From IMG/VR virus record IMGVR_UViG_3300033143_001962, positions 1-64,000 of that record: a stretch of 64,000 bases of DNA, one strand, 5' to 3'. Within the stretch, counting starts at the first letter, position 1, and each line of letters starts with the position of its first letter. The position numbers were made by a program, and so were the translations under genes. Shown here piece after piece: positions 14,466 through 24,146 of this stretch. Under the pieces are notes generated by a model that was not told where the DNA came from, did no database searches, and was given only the letters and a program-made list of their open reading frames with translations.

Positions 14466-15098
14466 CTAAATTTTAAGATCTTTGATAAACTTCATTACTT
14501 CAGTCTTCAAATATCTTTGTACACGTTTGTCCGTACTAGCTTCTTCTGCTATACCTAACATTTTAAGTCCGCCATTAAAATTCATAATGCCTTCGTATAT
14601 TGCTGTAGGGTACGCTTCAGGCGCACTAGGTTGGGCAACTATATCAACAGTGATTATTTCGAAATCACTGACGTGTCCGTTGGCTTCGTTAACATTGCCG
14701 CTTCCGCGACTTGATACACCTAACTTAACACCTGCTTCAAGCATAGTTTGAATAACTGTTCCTGAAGGTGTTGGTAGTATCTTTAACTTGCCATAACCGT
14801 TTGCGCCTTCCATCCACATATCTGTAATCATGTGCGACACACGGTCTAAATTTATTTTCAAATCTTCTGGATGATCTATTTCGCCTAAGACGCTATAGCC
14901 ACCCTTGATTTGTTCTTTTAGTGTTTGTACTGCGGTTGATATTTCATTTACTGGATATACACGTTGGTTTGCATTACGTTGGTCTCCCTGTATGCAAATG
15001 CCTTTCATGTATAAGTCTTTGCCGCCTGTGTCGTTAGCTTCGTTTAAAAGCTCGACTCTAGCAGCATCAAAAGATAAATGTTCCTGTAAAATTCCCAT
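14466..15098 (-). CDS. gp21: prohead protease (gp21-like)
   Basis: RNANQRVYP, LGEIDHP, VSHMIT, LGVSSRGSG, TVDIVAQPSAPEAY. Confidence 0.93.
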   Translation of the reverse strand: MGILQEHLSFDAARVELLNEANDTGGKDLYMKGICIQGDQRNANQRVYPVNEISTAVQTLKEQIKGGYSVLGEIDHPEDLKINLDRVSHMITDMWMEGANGYGKLKILPTPSGTVIQTMLEAGVKLGVSSRGSGNVNEANGHVSDFEIITVDIVAQPSAPEAYPTAIYEGIMNFNGGLKMLGIAEEASTDKRVQRYLKTEVMKFIKDLKI

Positions 15099-15105
15099 CG
15101 TAGTA

Positions 15106-15900
15106 TTAAGAACCGCTTAAGCTTTTCTTATTAACACCAGCATCTTCGCCCTTCTTCTTAGGCTCAGTTACTTTGCTTTCGTTTGGCTCAGTTGTACCAT
15201 CGCCTGGCTTAACACTAGGTGTTGCAACATTACCTTCTTCACCAGTTGTTTGGTGTGGCTTAGCTACTGCTCCAAGACCTTTCTTACCGCTGTTATCAGC
15301 GTTAACTGTAGTCTTGTTAGTACCTTCGCTTTCAGTGCTGTTTGAAATACCTTTAGTTACTTTAGTTAAAGCAACGTTTTCGTTAAAACCTTCAAGTTCT
15401 GGTTCCATACCCATGTCACCACCCATTTCAGCGTCCATACCCATGTCATCGCCCATTTCTGGTTCCATGCCCATTTCGTCGCCCATGCCTTCATCACCAC
15501 CCATCATTGAGTCGAATTCAGCCATTAATGAATCTAATTGATCTTCTAAATCAACTACACGGTCTTCTAATTCTGCGTCTTCTTCGTCGCCTGCAACGTG
15601 ATCCATTTCATGTGAATCCATATCACCTGAATCATCAAAGTCATTATGACTTTCGCCAGCTTCGTCACCAATTTCAGGTGCCATCATATCGTCGTCTTCT
15701 GCTTCACTCATACCTTCTTCATCAGCTGCAATGTCGTTGACTAATTCGTCAGCTTGATCACCACCAAAGTTATCTTGGTCCATAAGTGACTCATAAATGT
15801 CACGAGATTTTTCAACTACGATTTCGTGGAAGAGGTCCGAAGCTTTTGCTTCTTCTTCATTGATAACGTACTCAATTAATTTTTCAAATTTATTACTCAT
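15106..15900 (-). CDS. acidic prohead core protein (gp67-like position)
   Basis: Very acidic, low complexity, with MGDEMGMEPE-type repeats; lies in the head module. Confidence 0.55.
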   Translation of the reverse strand: MSNKFEKLIEYVINEEEAKASDLFHEIVVEKSRDIYESLMDQDNFGGDQADELVNDIAADEEGMSEAEDDDMMAPEIGDEAGESHNDFDDSGDMDSHEMDHVAGDEEDAELEDRVVDLEDQLDSLMAEFDSMMGGDEGMGDEMGMEPEMGDDMGMDAEMGGDMGMEPELEGFNENVALTKVTKGISNSTESEGTNKTTVNADNSGKKGLGAVAKPHQTTGEEGNVATPSVKPGDGTTEPNESKVTEPKKKGEDAGVNKKSLSGS

Positions 15901-16026
15901 TCTTAAATCTCCTAAAAGTATACTTTCTATGACTGTATTTAATAGCTAAAGTCTAAAAGTACGTATTTAATAGGAGAAAAGGTGTGAAAAGGTATATCTT
16001 TTGTGAAATCTACTAGAAATAGTAGA

Positions 16027-16323
16027 TTATTGTTGTGCTTCTACTTCCGCTGCAAGTGCCTGTGGATCGCCACTTACTAAAATTATTTGGCCGTTAACTT
16101 GGAATTCTCTGACGCCGCGCTCTATCGGAAAGTCAAATACAGATGATGAATCGAAGCCGTACTTCTCATCAAAGTGTGCCATTGCTGTGTCGTTATGTGT
16201 ATCAAGTTCTTCTATACTAACACCGTCAAATACATATAAAATTCTACTTTCACCGTATTCATTTAACGATTCGATACGCTGCATTGATTCTGTTAATTTC
16301 TTAAGTTGGTCTAGCTCTTTCAT
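16027..16323 (-). CDS. hypothetical protein, possible internal head protein
   Basis: Head module; LKKLTES/LNE leader resembling gp21 cleavage-site-rich propeptides. Confidence 0.45.
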   Translation of the reverse strand: MKELDQLKKLTESMQRIESLNEYGESRILYVFDGVSIEELDTHNDTAMAHFDEKYGFDSSSVFDFPIERGVREFQVNGQIILVSGDPQALAAEVEAQQ

Positions 16324-16550
16324 TAGAAAGGTTCTCCCATATCTACTTCGCCCTCTGCTGGAGCTCCATATTGTTTTTGGATTGACGTAAGCTTTGCTTC
16401 TTTTTCATACTCTCGTATATCATTCATCTTTCTTAATTTATTAATTTGCTTTAATGTAAGACGTGTTTGACGTAAGGCATACTTAGTAGACTCGTCGTCT
16501 TCTAAACTTTGCATGCCTGGTATGTGTTGCTCTACTTCGTTAATAATCAT
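16323..16550 (-). CDS. small head-module protein
   Basis: RQTRLTLKQINKLRKMND; CATAAATA late box at 16556..16563. Confidence 0.6.
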   Translation of the reverse strand: MIINEVEQHIPGMQSLEDDESTKYALRQTRLTLKQINKLRKMNDIREYEKEAKLTSIQKQYGAPAEGEVDMGEPF

Positions 16551-16558
16551 AATACTAT

Positions 16559-18259
16559 TTATGGTAAGTCAACATCTACAGTATCAGGACCTTCTGCGTC
16601 CATACTGTCCATGTCTTCCATGTCTTCCATATCTTCGAAGTCACTCATGTCGCCTAAGTCGCCATCCATACCGCCCGGACTAACACCTACGCCACGTAAA
16701 TCAGATCCACTAGTGCCGCCCTCTTCGTCGTCTACAGCATTTTCTTCGCGCCATAGTTCTTCGTTCTCTGTCATTTCTTCTTCAGTTAAACCTAAGTAAC
16801 GTTTAAGTGCGAAGCGTTTAGACATATAAGGTATGTCCGCTGTACTGCCGAAGTTACCTAAACGTGCAGTATCAAGCTCACTTTGTCGGTAGCTTGCAAA
16901 GTTCTGTGGGTTATTAAACTTAATATCAAATAAGCCTGCGTCAATGTTAAAGCCTCTCCAGCGTAAAAACATCTTAAACTCTTCGTTTAATTGTGTTACA
17001 AGTACGTTTTGTAAGCGTTCGCAGTACTGGTTAAATCTAAATTCTTGTATTAATGCGCCAGTACCACCATCTTGTTTAGTAGTTTGATCTGCGCTGTCGT
17101 CTGGGCCGCTTGGCAAGTAACTGCTAGGTACACGTAAGCCACGTGCCATTTTGTTGTTAAAGTAACGTAAGTCATCTATCTCACTTAAGTTTTGTCCACC
17201 CGGTAATGTATCTACTGTAGAGCCACGTCCGTCTGCATCCTTAGGGAAGAAGTAATCTTCATTCATTGATATAGGATTATAGCTTGCATCAAGCATATTC
17301 TGCCCACCGCCGTTCTGTGTAGGTATACGTCGTTGATGCATTTCATTCTTAATACGTTCCACAAAGCCCATAGCTAAGTGACTAGGCATATTACCAGTAT
17401 CAATGTTAAACACTCTACGTTCTGGTGCGCGTTGGATACGATAAATTAATATAGCATCTTCTAATAATTCTTTTTGTTTATACACTTTAAACACTTGTTC
17501 AAGTATACTTTGTCCAAATGGCCAGTTATAATCCATGCCTTCTGTTAAGCTTAAGTGCATAATATGAGCAGCATCAATAGCTACTTCTTGTTGATTAAGA
17601 CTAAAACGTCCATGACTTCCGCCGTCTTGATTTGGAATTGTGTACGATTGTGGTGCAGTGGCGCCTTGCCCTGGTGCTCCGTTTTGGAAATCACTTGTTG
17701 TCTTTGCGGCTACTGTTAAGTTCTCAAAGTTAGGGTTAATGTCTTGTATAATGTACTGCTCTGGCTTTTTACCTTCACTTTCATTTACAATAACTCTTGT
17801 TACTTTATTAGTTTCAATCCAAAATAGTTTAAATGTTTCTGGATCACGGATAAACACTTGGTCTCCGTATTTAATAGAGTTACGGAATACTTTAAAGATA
17901 CGCTTGTCGAACTCGTTAAGCTTAACCCATTGTGTTAACTGTTCAGCTAGTATTTTAACTTCGTTGTCTGTAGGTTTTTCACTGTAGCTTATTTCAAATG
18001 CAGTTTTGTTTTGTTCATTTTGTTGTGTACTGAACTCAGCAATAATATCTAAACATGCATTGATTTCGCTGTCCATATCCATTGTCTCGTACTGATTGTA
18101 ACGTTCAATACGATTAGGGTGCCCAGTGTACACTTCCGGTAATGTGTTCTTGTAGTTTTGAAAACCAAAGTTCTTACCGTCGGGTCCGTGACTCGCTCCG
18201 CTTATTGGGCTCATCATTCCTGTTGTGTCTGCTACTTTGAAATACTTTTTCCATGCCAT
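16559..18259 (-). CDS. gp20: portal protein (gp20-like)
   Basis: LLEDAILIYRIQRAPERRVFNIDTGNMP, SMNEDYFFP, TVDTLPGGQNLSEIDDLRYF. Confidence 0.95.
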   Translation of the reverse strand: MAWKKYFKVADTTGMMSPISGASHGPDGKNFGFQNYKNTLPEVYTGHPNRIERYNQYETMDMDSEINACLDIIAEFSTQQNEQNKTAFEISYSEKPTDNEVKILAEQLTQWVKLNEFDKRIFKVFRNSIKYGDQVFIRDPETFKLFWIETNKVTRVIVNESEGKKPEQYIIQDINPNFENLTVAAKTTSDFQNGAPGQGATAPQSYTIPNQDGGSHGRFSLNQQEVAIDAAHIMHLSLTEGMDYNWPFGQSILEQVFKVYKQKELLEDAILIYRIQRAPERRVFNIDTGNMPSHLAMGFVERIKNEMHQRRIPTQNGGGQNMLDASYNPISMNEDYFFPKDADGRGSTVDTLPGGQNLSEIDDLRYFNNKMARGLRVPSSYLPSGPDDSADQTTKQDGGTGALIQEFRFNQYCERLQNVLVTQLNEEFKMFLRWRGFNIDAGLFDIKFNNPQNFASYRQSELDTARLGNFGSTADIPYMSKRFALKRYLGLTEEEMTENEELWREENAVDDEEGGTSGSDLRGVGVSPGGMDGDLGDMSDFEDMEDMEDMDSMDAEGPDTVDVDLP

Positions 18260-18280
18260 GTTATAATGTTCTCTTTATGC

Positions 18281-18288
18281 TATTTATA
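18281..18288 (-). promoter_or_regulatory. T4-type late promoter TATAAATA
   Basis: Exact consensus about 20 nt upstream of the portal start. Confidence 0.75.
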
Positions 18289-18322
18289 GGTTCTATTGCT
18301 TTGGTTGTTAAATTGTTAACCG

Positions 18323-20350
18323 TTATGAGTTTGTGTTGTCTTTAATCTTGCGTAACATATCAAGCTTTTTACTAATATCGCCTAGTAGTGCCCGCATTGC
18401 TGATTGTTCACCAAATTCAGCTGCTGAAATAGCTCTCCCGCCATCACTGTCGGCTTTATTATGAGCACGTTGCATTTCTATCCATTCAGCTTTTACTTTT
18501 TCTTGCTGTGCTGCTAAGTCGGTTGTATTTGCTGCGAGTGGTTGTTGTTTTTCTCTCGCTTTAACAAAGGATGCTGATTTTGTTTTTGTTACATTAGCTC
18601 GTTTAATATCGTTCTTAGCATTAGTAATAGCATTTTTCGTTAACCATTTGTCTAACCCACTTTCTGTAAACAAATCTTTTTTGTATTGTTCAATTTCTGC
18701 TTTTTTATTTTTTATTTTTAAGTCGTTTACTTTAATTCGTAACTTGTGTGCTGTTAATTGCCCGGCTTTTAATTTTTTCTCATCGGCTGCTACTAAGTTT
18801 CTCAACTCTTCTTTTAAACTTTCCGGTGCGTCTGGATTAGCTATTGCATTCTCAAGTTTCTTTCTATTGCTTTTTAAATTTGATTTAGTGTCAGCATTTG
18901 TGCCTGTGACCGCTTTAAGTGAGCCAGCAGTACCGGGTGAATCATGCGCCCATTCATTAATCTTACCTGTAATTAGCTCTAATGCACCCGCGAACTTGTT
19001 TAAGCCGGTTATAACAATACCACTGTCCATAAACATACTGTTCATATTAGCGGTAGCTTGTTGTAATGTCGTCATTGTCTTTACTATGTCTTTAGTAGCT
19101 TTATCAGCACCTTTACCTTGTGCATCACGCTGTTTAACTATGTCTTCGTACTCTAATAAATTCCTACCAGCTGTATTAGCAAGCTCAGCAAAGTTAATGA
19201 ACGGTGAGTCTGAACCTAATATTTTAGCAAGACTTTGATGCATCCCGCCAGTCTTGGCAAGTTCTTTAGCTTTTATAGTTACACCATTAATTGCTTTAGC
19301 TTGTGCTTCAGCAGCTTGTTTAGTAGTCATATCATTCTTTTTAAACTGTTTCAATGATGCTACAATGGTCTCGCCCATTGATGACTTGTATACTTTTTGT
19401 GCTGCGGCAGTGTTAATATATCCAGCTGCGATATCAGCTGCGCCTTGTGCAAGCTCAGGGGATTTCGTACGTAAGGTAGTAACAAAATCACTCATTGCGT
19501 TAGAAGCTGCAAGACCGTACTTAGATTGATGTTCGTTTAATGTTGCTCTGAATCTTGCGTCTGACATGTTTGATTCACGTTGTTTCTGCAATTCTTTTCT
19601 ACTAACACCAGACAGTTTAGCAATAGTATCTAATTCATATGCATAACGTTTAGTGCCTTGTATTATTTCTTCTTGTGACATTTGTGAACGCATGCCTAAC
19701 TTTCGTTGCATTACCTGGAAGTCAACAGATGCTTCGCCTATTTCAGCAATGCTGAAACCTAAGTTACGCATAGCTTGACCTTCAGCACCTTTCATTTCTT
19801 TCATTGTCGTGGTAAATGTTTTGCCACCTTTTAACGCAGAACTAGACAAGTACGATAAATTCTCTGAGTTTTCTTGTAGTAATTTTGAGTAAGTAGCAAG
19901 TGGTATTCCTGCTTTCTTAATATCTTTAGCTAATCCTGTTATACCTTCAGCACCCATTTGGCCAGCTTCACTTAACTGTTGGAAGTTATCAAAACCTGCT
20001 TGTATCTGCCCTATAGAAAATGTTGCTAACTCTTGCGCAGCTTCGCCTAGACCACTAAACACATCACCAAGTAATGGAATCTTACCAAGTAAGCCTGTTA
20101 TAGCGCCTATTGTAGCGTTAATGACAGGTGTTAAGTCGTTAAAGTTACCTGTACTTTTATCAACAGCCTTTGCTGAGTCTTTAAACCCTTTTGCTACTTC
20201 GCCTGTTGCGGTTCCGAATGTTTTAACTACCTTGCCTGAAGTTGTTACAGCAAGCTTGAACTTAATCATCTCTTCTACTGTAATTTTACCGGCATCAGCC
20301 AGCTCTTGCATGTGTTCAAACCATTCTTCTTCTGATCTTTCGTCTGCCAT
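18323..20350 (-). CDS. probable tape measure / tail length protein
   Basis: 675-aa Ala/Lys-rich helical protein, divergent from the baseplate hub gene. Confidence 0.55.
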   Translation of the reverse strand: MADERSEEEWFEHMQELADAGKITVEEMIKFKLAVTTSGKVVKTFGTATGEVAKGFKDSAKAVDKSTGNFNDLTPVINATIGAITGLLGKIPLLGDVFSGLGEAAQELATFSIGQIQAGFDNFQQLSEAGQMGAEGITGLAKDIKKAGIPLATYSKLLQENSENLSYLSSSALKGGKTFTTTMKEMKGAEGQAMRNLGFSIAEIGEASVDFQVMQRKLGMRSQMSQEEIIQGTKRYAYELDTIAKLSGVSRKELQKQRESNMSDARFRATLNEHQSKYGLAASNAMSDFVTTLRTKSPELAQGAADIAAGYINTAAAQKVYKSSMGETIVASLKQFKKNDMTTKQAAEAQAKAINGVTIKAKELAKTGGMHQSLAKILGSDSPFINFAELANTAGRNLLEYEDIVKQRDAQGKGADKATKDIVKTMTTLQQATANMNSMFMDSGIVITGLNKFAGALELITGKINEWAHDSPGTAGSLKAVTGTNADTKSNLKSNRKKLENAIANPDAPESLKEELRNLVAADEKKLKAGQLTAHKLRIKVNDLKIKNKKAEIEQYKKDLFTESGLDKWLTKNAITNAKNDIKRANVTKTKSASFVKAREKQQPLAANTTDLAAQQEKVKAEWIEMQRAHNKADSDGGRAISAAEFGEQSAMRALLGDISKKLDMLRKIKDNTNS

Positions 20351-20388
20351 TTTAAATCCTAAAATAATATTGGGTTATAACTCCCAAG

Positions 20389-20396
20389 TATAAATA
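20389..20396 (+). promoter_or_regulatory. T4-type late promoter TATAAATA (divergent CATAAATA at 20406..20413 on minus)
   Basis: Exact consensus upstream of 20424. Confidence 0.75.
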
Positions 20397-20423
20397 CGTT
20401 TATACTATTTATGAGAAAAGATT

Positions 20424-21263
20424 ATGAGTGAAAATCCTTTAAAGCAATATTTTAGAACAGCAGCGATACATTTAGATTTACCGTCAAAAGGTAAGTTCTA
20501 CCCAGATGACACTTTAGAAATGCCCGAGACAGGTGAAGTTGAAGTGTTTCCTATGACAGCGTTAGATGAAATAACATACAAAACACCAGACGCATTATTT
20601 AACGGTTCAGCCGTAGTTGATGTTATACAAAGCTGTATACCTGCAATTAAAAATGCATGGGAGATGCCCATTATAGATTTAACTGCGGTACTAACTGCAA
20701 TCAGAATTGCAAGTTTCGGACATCAAATTGACATCGAAACTAAATGTCCTGAGTGCGGTGAGAAGAGTGATTATGGTCTTGATTTACGCAATGTACTTGA
20801 TTCTGTTACTCCACCTGATTACTCTAAATCACTTAGTATTGGTGATCTTAAAATTATGTACAAGCCAATGTCGTACAGAGACTTAAACGAAAATAGTAAA
20901 TTACAATTCGAAGAAGCAAAGATAGAACAGTTACTTGTTACAGATGAAGCCGAAATGAGTAATGAGGAACAGTTAAAAATTATGTCTGATGCATTTAAAA
21001 AAGTATCTTTATATACATTAACTGCATTATCTAATAATATTAGTAAAATCATTACACCAGACGTGACAGTCTCCGACAACGAACACATTGTTGAATTCTT
21101 AGAAAACTGCGAACGTGATAGGTTTAAGCTTATTAAGAAAGAAGTTACTGACAGTCAGTCTGACAGTATTATAAAACCGTTACATATTAAATGCATCAAA
21201 TGTGAACATGAATACGATGAACCGTTCACTTTGGATATGTCATCTTTTTTCGCGCAAGACTAG
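20424..21263 (+). CDS. gp26: baseplate hub assembly protein (gp26-like)
   Basis: LPSKGKFY, PMTALDE, IRIASFG, CPEC ... CIKC zinc motifs. Confidence 0.75.
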   Translation: MSENPLKQYFRTAAIHLDLPSKGKFYPDDTLEMPETGEVEVFPMTALDEITYKTPDALFNGSAVVDVIQSCIPAIKNAWEMPIIDLTAVLTAIRIASFGHQIDIETKCPECGEKSDYGLDLRNVLDSVTPPDYSKSLSIGDLKIMYKPMSYRDLNENSKLQFEEAKIEQLLVTDEAEMSNEEQLKIMSDAFKKVSLYTLTALSNNISKIITPDVTVSDNEHIVEFLENCERDRFKLIKKEVTDSQSDSIIKPLHIKCIKCEHEYDEPFTLDMSSFFAQD

Positions 21264-21268
21264 TAATC

Positions 21269-21481
21269 TTGGATTCTGACGGTATTGAGGGGTACATCAA
21301 TCAATTGGAAGATGAAGTTAAAGACATTAAAAATTCAGCACTACAACTAACATGGGCTATGCGTGGCGGTGTGCAATATCACGACACACTTAACATGTGT
21401 TTTGACGAACGCAAAATGATAGCCGACATATCAAAAGAAAATCTAGAAGTTACTAAGAAGTCAGGGCTTCCGTTCTTTTAA
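21269..21481 (+). CDS. small baseplate assembly protein (gp51-like position)
   Basis: Follows gp26; LTWAMRGGVQY...ER motif. Confidence 0.5.
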   Translation: MDSDGIEGYINQLEDEVKDIKNSALQLTWAMRGGVQYHDTLNMCFDERKMIADISKENLEVTKKSGLPFF

Positions 21482-21722
21482 GCAAGTCCTTACGTGTTTG
21501 CTTACCATCCTCCCAAGACACACACATAGCACCATCTAATATATTAGCTACTGCAATCTTCCTAGGAATCTGAATTACTTCATTATGTTCTACACAATAA
21601 AGTCTGTAATGATGACTTTTATCTTTGTACGTGAGCTCACGGTAGTAATGTGTGCAATTATCATTACACAAATGTTCTACTCGCTTTTCAAATCTAATGT
21701 AAAAGTCTTTGATGTTGCTCAT
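21453..21722 (-). CDS. hypothetical protein
   Basis: C/H-containing 89-aa ORF with a GATAAGTA late-like box upstream. Confidence 0.45.
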   Translation of the reverse strand: MSNIKDFYIRFEKRVEHLCNDNCTHYYRELTYKDKSHHYRLYCVEHNEVIQIPRKIAVANILDGAMCVSWEDGKQTRKDLLKRTEALTS

Positions 21723-21779
21723 ACATGTACTTATCAGAATTTAATGTCATGGCTATGAAATAATGTATTAAATGACTTA

Positions 21780-22538
21780 AGATCTAGCTGCGCAGATCTA
21801 TTCGTTTGTTTACTTCGTGAAACAAACTCATCTGTTTTCAGACTAATTAGTATAGATATTTTTGAAAGAGTAATTACTTAATGTATGATAGATGGAGCAC
21901 TTACTGATACTCGAACAGAGTCAGTGGCCATACTTCACCCACCCTAGGGTAAGTGAAAAAGAATTCGAACGTCCTCGTTAGTCCAAGTACATAAAATCTG
22001 ATCCCATGCGGAAATTCTAGCACAAGCCGTAAATCAAACCATGTTTCTACACGATAGGTATGTGTTACTGTTAAGTAACATGAAGGCGGTCGTCCTCAAA
22101 CCTTCTCATATCCCGACTCACACGACGGAACCCGTACACACCTCGTTGTAGTCACCAGCGTGTACTGAGTCGACGGTTGTATCTTTTTCACAGAGCCGTC
22201 ATCTTTTAGCCTAAACACTTATATCTCCCATATTGATTTATTTTCACAGTTAAACGCATTACATGGTAGGCGTATTGCATCATCGTCCTTTGGTAGGATA
22301 GTAACTGTTAATCCCGCTATTGCTCGGAACGTTTAGGTGTCCTTCTCATCATTTGGCTGAGGAAGTTTTACCGCGTGTAGTATCCGCCCCACGCAAAGGC
22401 TTTCAATAGTGTTTAGGCTAAAATCAATAAATTGCTGGTATGTATTGTGTCCCACATAACTTTTCCGTTATGCATTTCGCTGGGTGCGTATTTTGAGAAT
22501 AAGATTTTATAGAGTTTGCTCTCTTTATGTAACGTATG
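21780..22538 (-). ncRNA. candidate large structured non-coding RNA (~750 nt)
   Basis: No ORF of 60 aa or more; perfect 16-bp long-range stem; more than 10 hairpins, with G-U pairs mostly favouring the minus strand; upstream promoters. Boundaries approximate. Confidence 0.6.
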
Positions 22539-22544
22539 TGTTAC

Positions 22545-22601
22545 ATTATAGCATCTTCTGTACAAAATGCAACTAATAAGTTACATTTAATGATATTTAT
22601 A
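22545..22601 (-). promoter_or_regulatory. sigma70-type promoter (TTGCAT-16-TATAAT, TGn extension) plus late promoter TATAAATA (22594..22601), both pointing into the non-coding region
   Basis: Direct motif matches. Confidence 0.6.
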
Positions 22602-22634
22602 TTATCAATTGTCTGTACAAAAATAAATACTAAC

Positions 22635-23165
22635 ATGGCATATATAGAGCTTAAAACAAAGGACATTAAAATCCTAAAAGAAAAACTCCACAAGCAAAAT
22701 GAAGGCATCTGCCCTTTGCTTGGTGTCCAAGTGCCACCTGAACAAATGGCATTAGATCATATACATAAGCTTAAGTCCGAAGACTACGCTGATGATAAAG
22801 GAACTATACGCAATGCTATAGAGTTCCGAGCTAATGCACTAGAAGGTAAAATAACAAATAATTGGAAACGTTATTACGGTGCTGATACTTCTAAGCACTT
22901 AACAGATCTTCCAACTTTCTTACGCAACCTTGCTGACTACTTAGAAGCTGGAGCTTACACAGAAGACGGAGATTTTTATATCCATCCTAGTGAAGTACCT
23001 AAACTTCCAAAAGTCAAAAAATCATCTTATAATAAAATGATTAAACTCTTCAAGATAAAATATCCCAAAAAGAAAGTACCACCTTATCCAAAATCTAAAA
23101 AATTAACTAAACTTATGGACAAGCTGTTTACTGAATTTGATATAACTGATTTTTATTACAGTTAA
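22635..23165 (+). CDS. endonuclease VII (gp49)-like nuclease
   Basis: Likely start MAYIEL. QNEGICPLLG...ALDHIH...GTIRNAI..RANALEGKI...FLRNLADYL. Confidence 0.75.
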   Translation: MAYIELKTKDIKILKEKLHKQNEGICPLLGVQVPPEQMALDHIHKLKSEDYADDKGTIRNAIEFRANALEGKITNNWKRYYGADTSKHLTDLPTFLRNLADYLEAGAYTEDGDFYIHPSEVPKLPKVKKSSYNKMIKLFKIKYPKKKVPPYPKSKKLTKLMDKLFTEFDITDFYYS

Positions 23166-24146
23166 TCACCACTCGGTGATATGATTGATGTCACCGAGTT
23201 TTTCTTGTGTACATTTGTTCTTGCACTCCGACGATGTAAATAGTAATTCTTCGTACCAACTATCTAATTCTGTAATTGGTGTATTGTACAAATTTAACGC
23301 ATTACTTGTCCATGCATCGTTGTGTTCGTATCTATTAGCAACCCAGCAACACGGATAAAGCTCACCTCGGCTATTTAAAAATACACCCTTGTTACCAATA
23401 GAACATAAGCCGCTATTTGATGTTAATGCCGCAGCACGTTCTTTAAAGATTACTTTCAAGTCAGCGCCAGGTCTGACTTTATTAGTAATATAAGCTAACT
23501 CTCTTTCGTACCGTTTACTACTTGATAGTAAATTAGGATCAGTGGGTTTTAATTTATCGTCTTTTATCCACTTAGTACTTTTTGTTAGCTGGAATAAATC
23601 AAATTTATATTCTATAGCTAGATTTAATAAATCTTGTATGTTGTCTTGATTAAACTTAAAACCTATTGAGGCCCATACTTTATAAGTTGAGTTATTAACA
23701 CTAGTGAACGCATCAATCCCATCCATGATACCCGCCCAATCTGAATTAATGCGATACATCTTGTTTGAGGCATGATCGAATCCGTCAATACTCCAATGCA
23801 TTTCATCATTTTCATTAAGCACCTCACCAAGTGCTGTCCACCAATTCAGTGGTCTGTAGCTTCCGTTTGTTATAATAACAAACATAATGTCTGGGTTACA
23901 CGCCTTAAACCATTCAATGATTTGAATTAATTCAGTGGCATATATTGGATCACCGTCGTTACCGCATAACGTTATCTTCTTAATATTTTTAGCAACATTT
24001 GCACCTACCGTATCTTTAAAGAAATCTAGTGTTAGCTGCTTATTAAGCAACGACTCAGGCACCTCGGCCCTAGGACATCGCGGACACTGCAACGGACAAC
24101 GACTGCTTAGTTCTATATGCCAGTGGTCTAATGCTATACTAGTCAT
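23166..24146 (-). CDS. radical SAM protein with C-terminal SPASM/twitch-like domain
   Basis: CPLQCPRC (CxxxCxxC), CGNDGDP, ITNGS, SIDG, G.LYPCCW; start approximate. Confidence 0.85.
   Translation of the reverse strand: MTSIALDHWHIELSSRCPLQCPRCPRAEVPESLLNKQLTLDFFKDTVGANVAKNIKKITLCGNDGDPIYATELIQIIEWFKACNPDIMFVIITNGSYRPLNWWTALGEVLNENDEMHWSIDGFDHASNKMYRINSDWAGIMDGIDAFTSVNNSTYKVWASIGFKFNQDNIQDLLNLAIEYKFDLFQLTKSTKWIKDDKLKPTDPNLLSSSKRYERELAYITNKVRPGADLKVIFKERAAALTSNSGLCSIGNKGVFLNSRGELYPCCWVANRYEHNDAWTSNALNLYNTPITELDSWYEELLFTSSECKNKCTQEKLGDINHITEW

Noticed and set aside
15390-15510. MGDEMGMEPE repeats as a distinct repeat element
   Set aside because: Imperfect low-complexity coding repeats typical of acidic prohead core proteins.
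21780-22538. RNase P RNA, tmRNA or group I/II intron
   Set aside because: I found no recognisable conserved signatures by eye and the region does not interrupt a gene. This is not formally excluded without cmscan.
22536-22634. N-terminal extension of the endonuclease VII ORF (start 22536)
   Set aside because: The region contains promoter motifs; ATG 22635 after an AATAAATA box fits the family length better.
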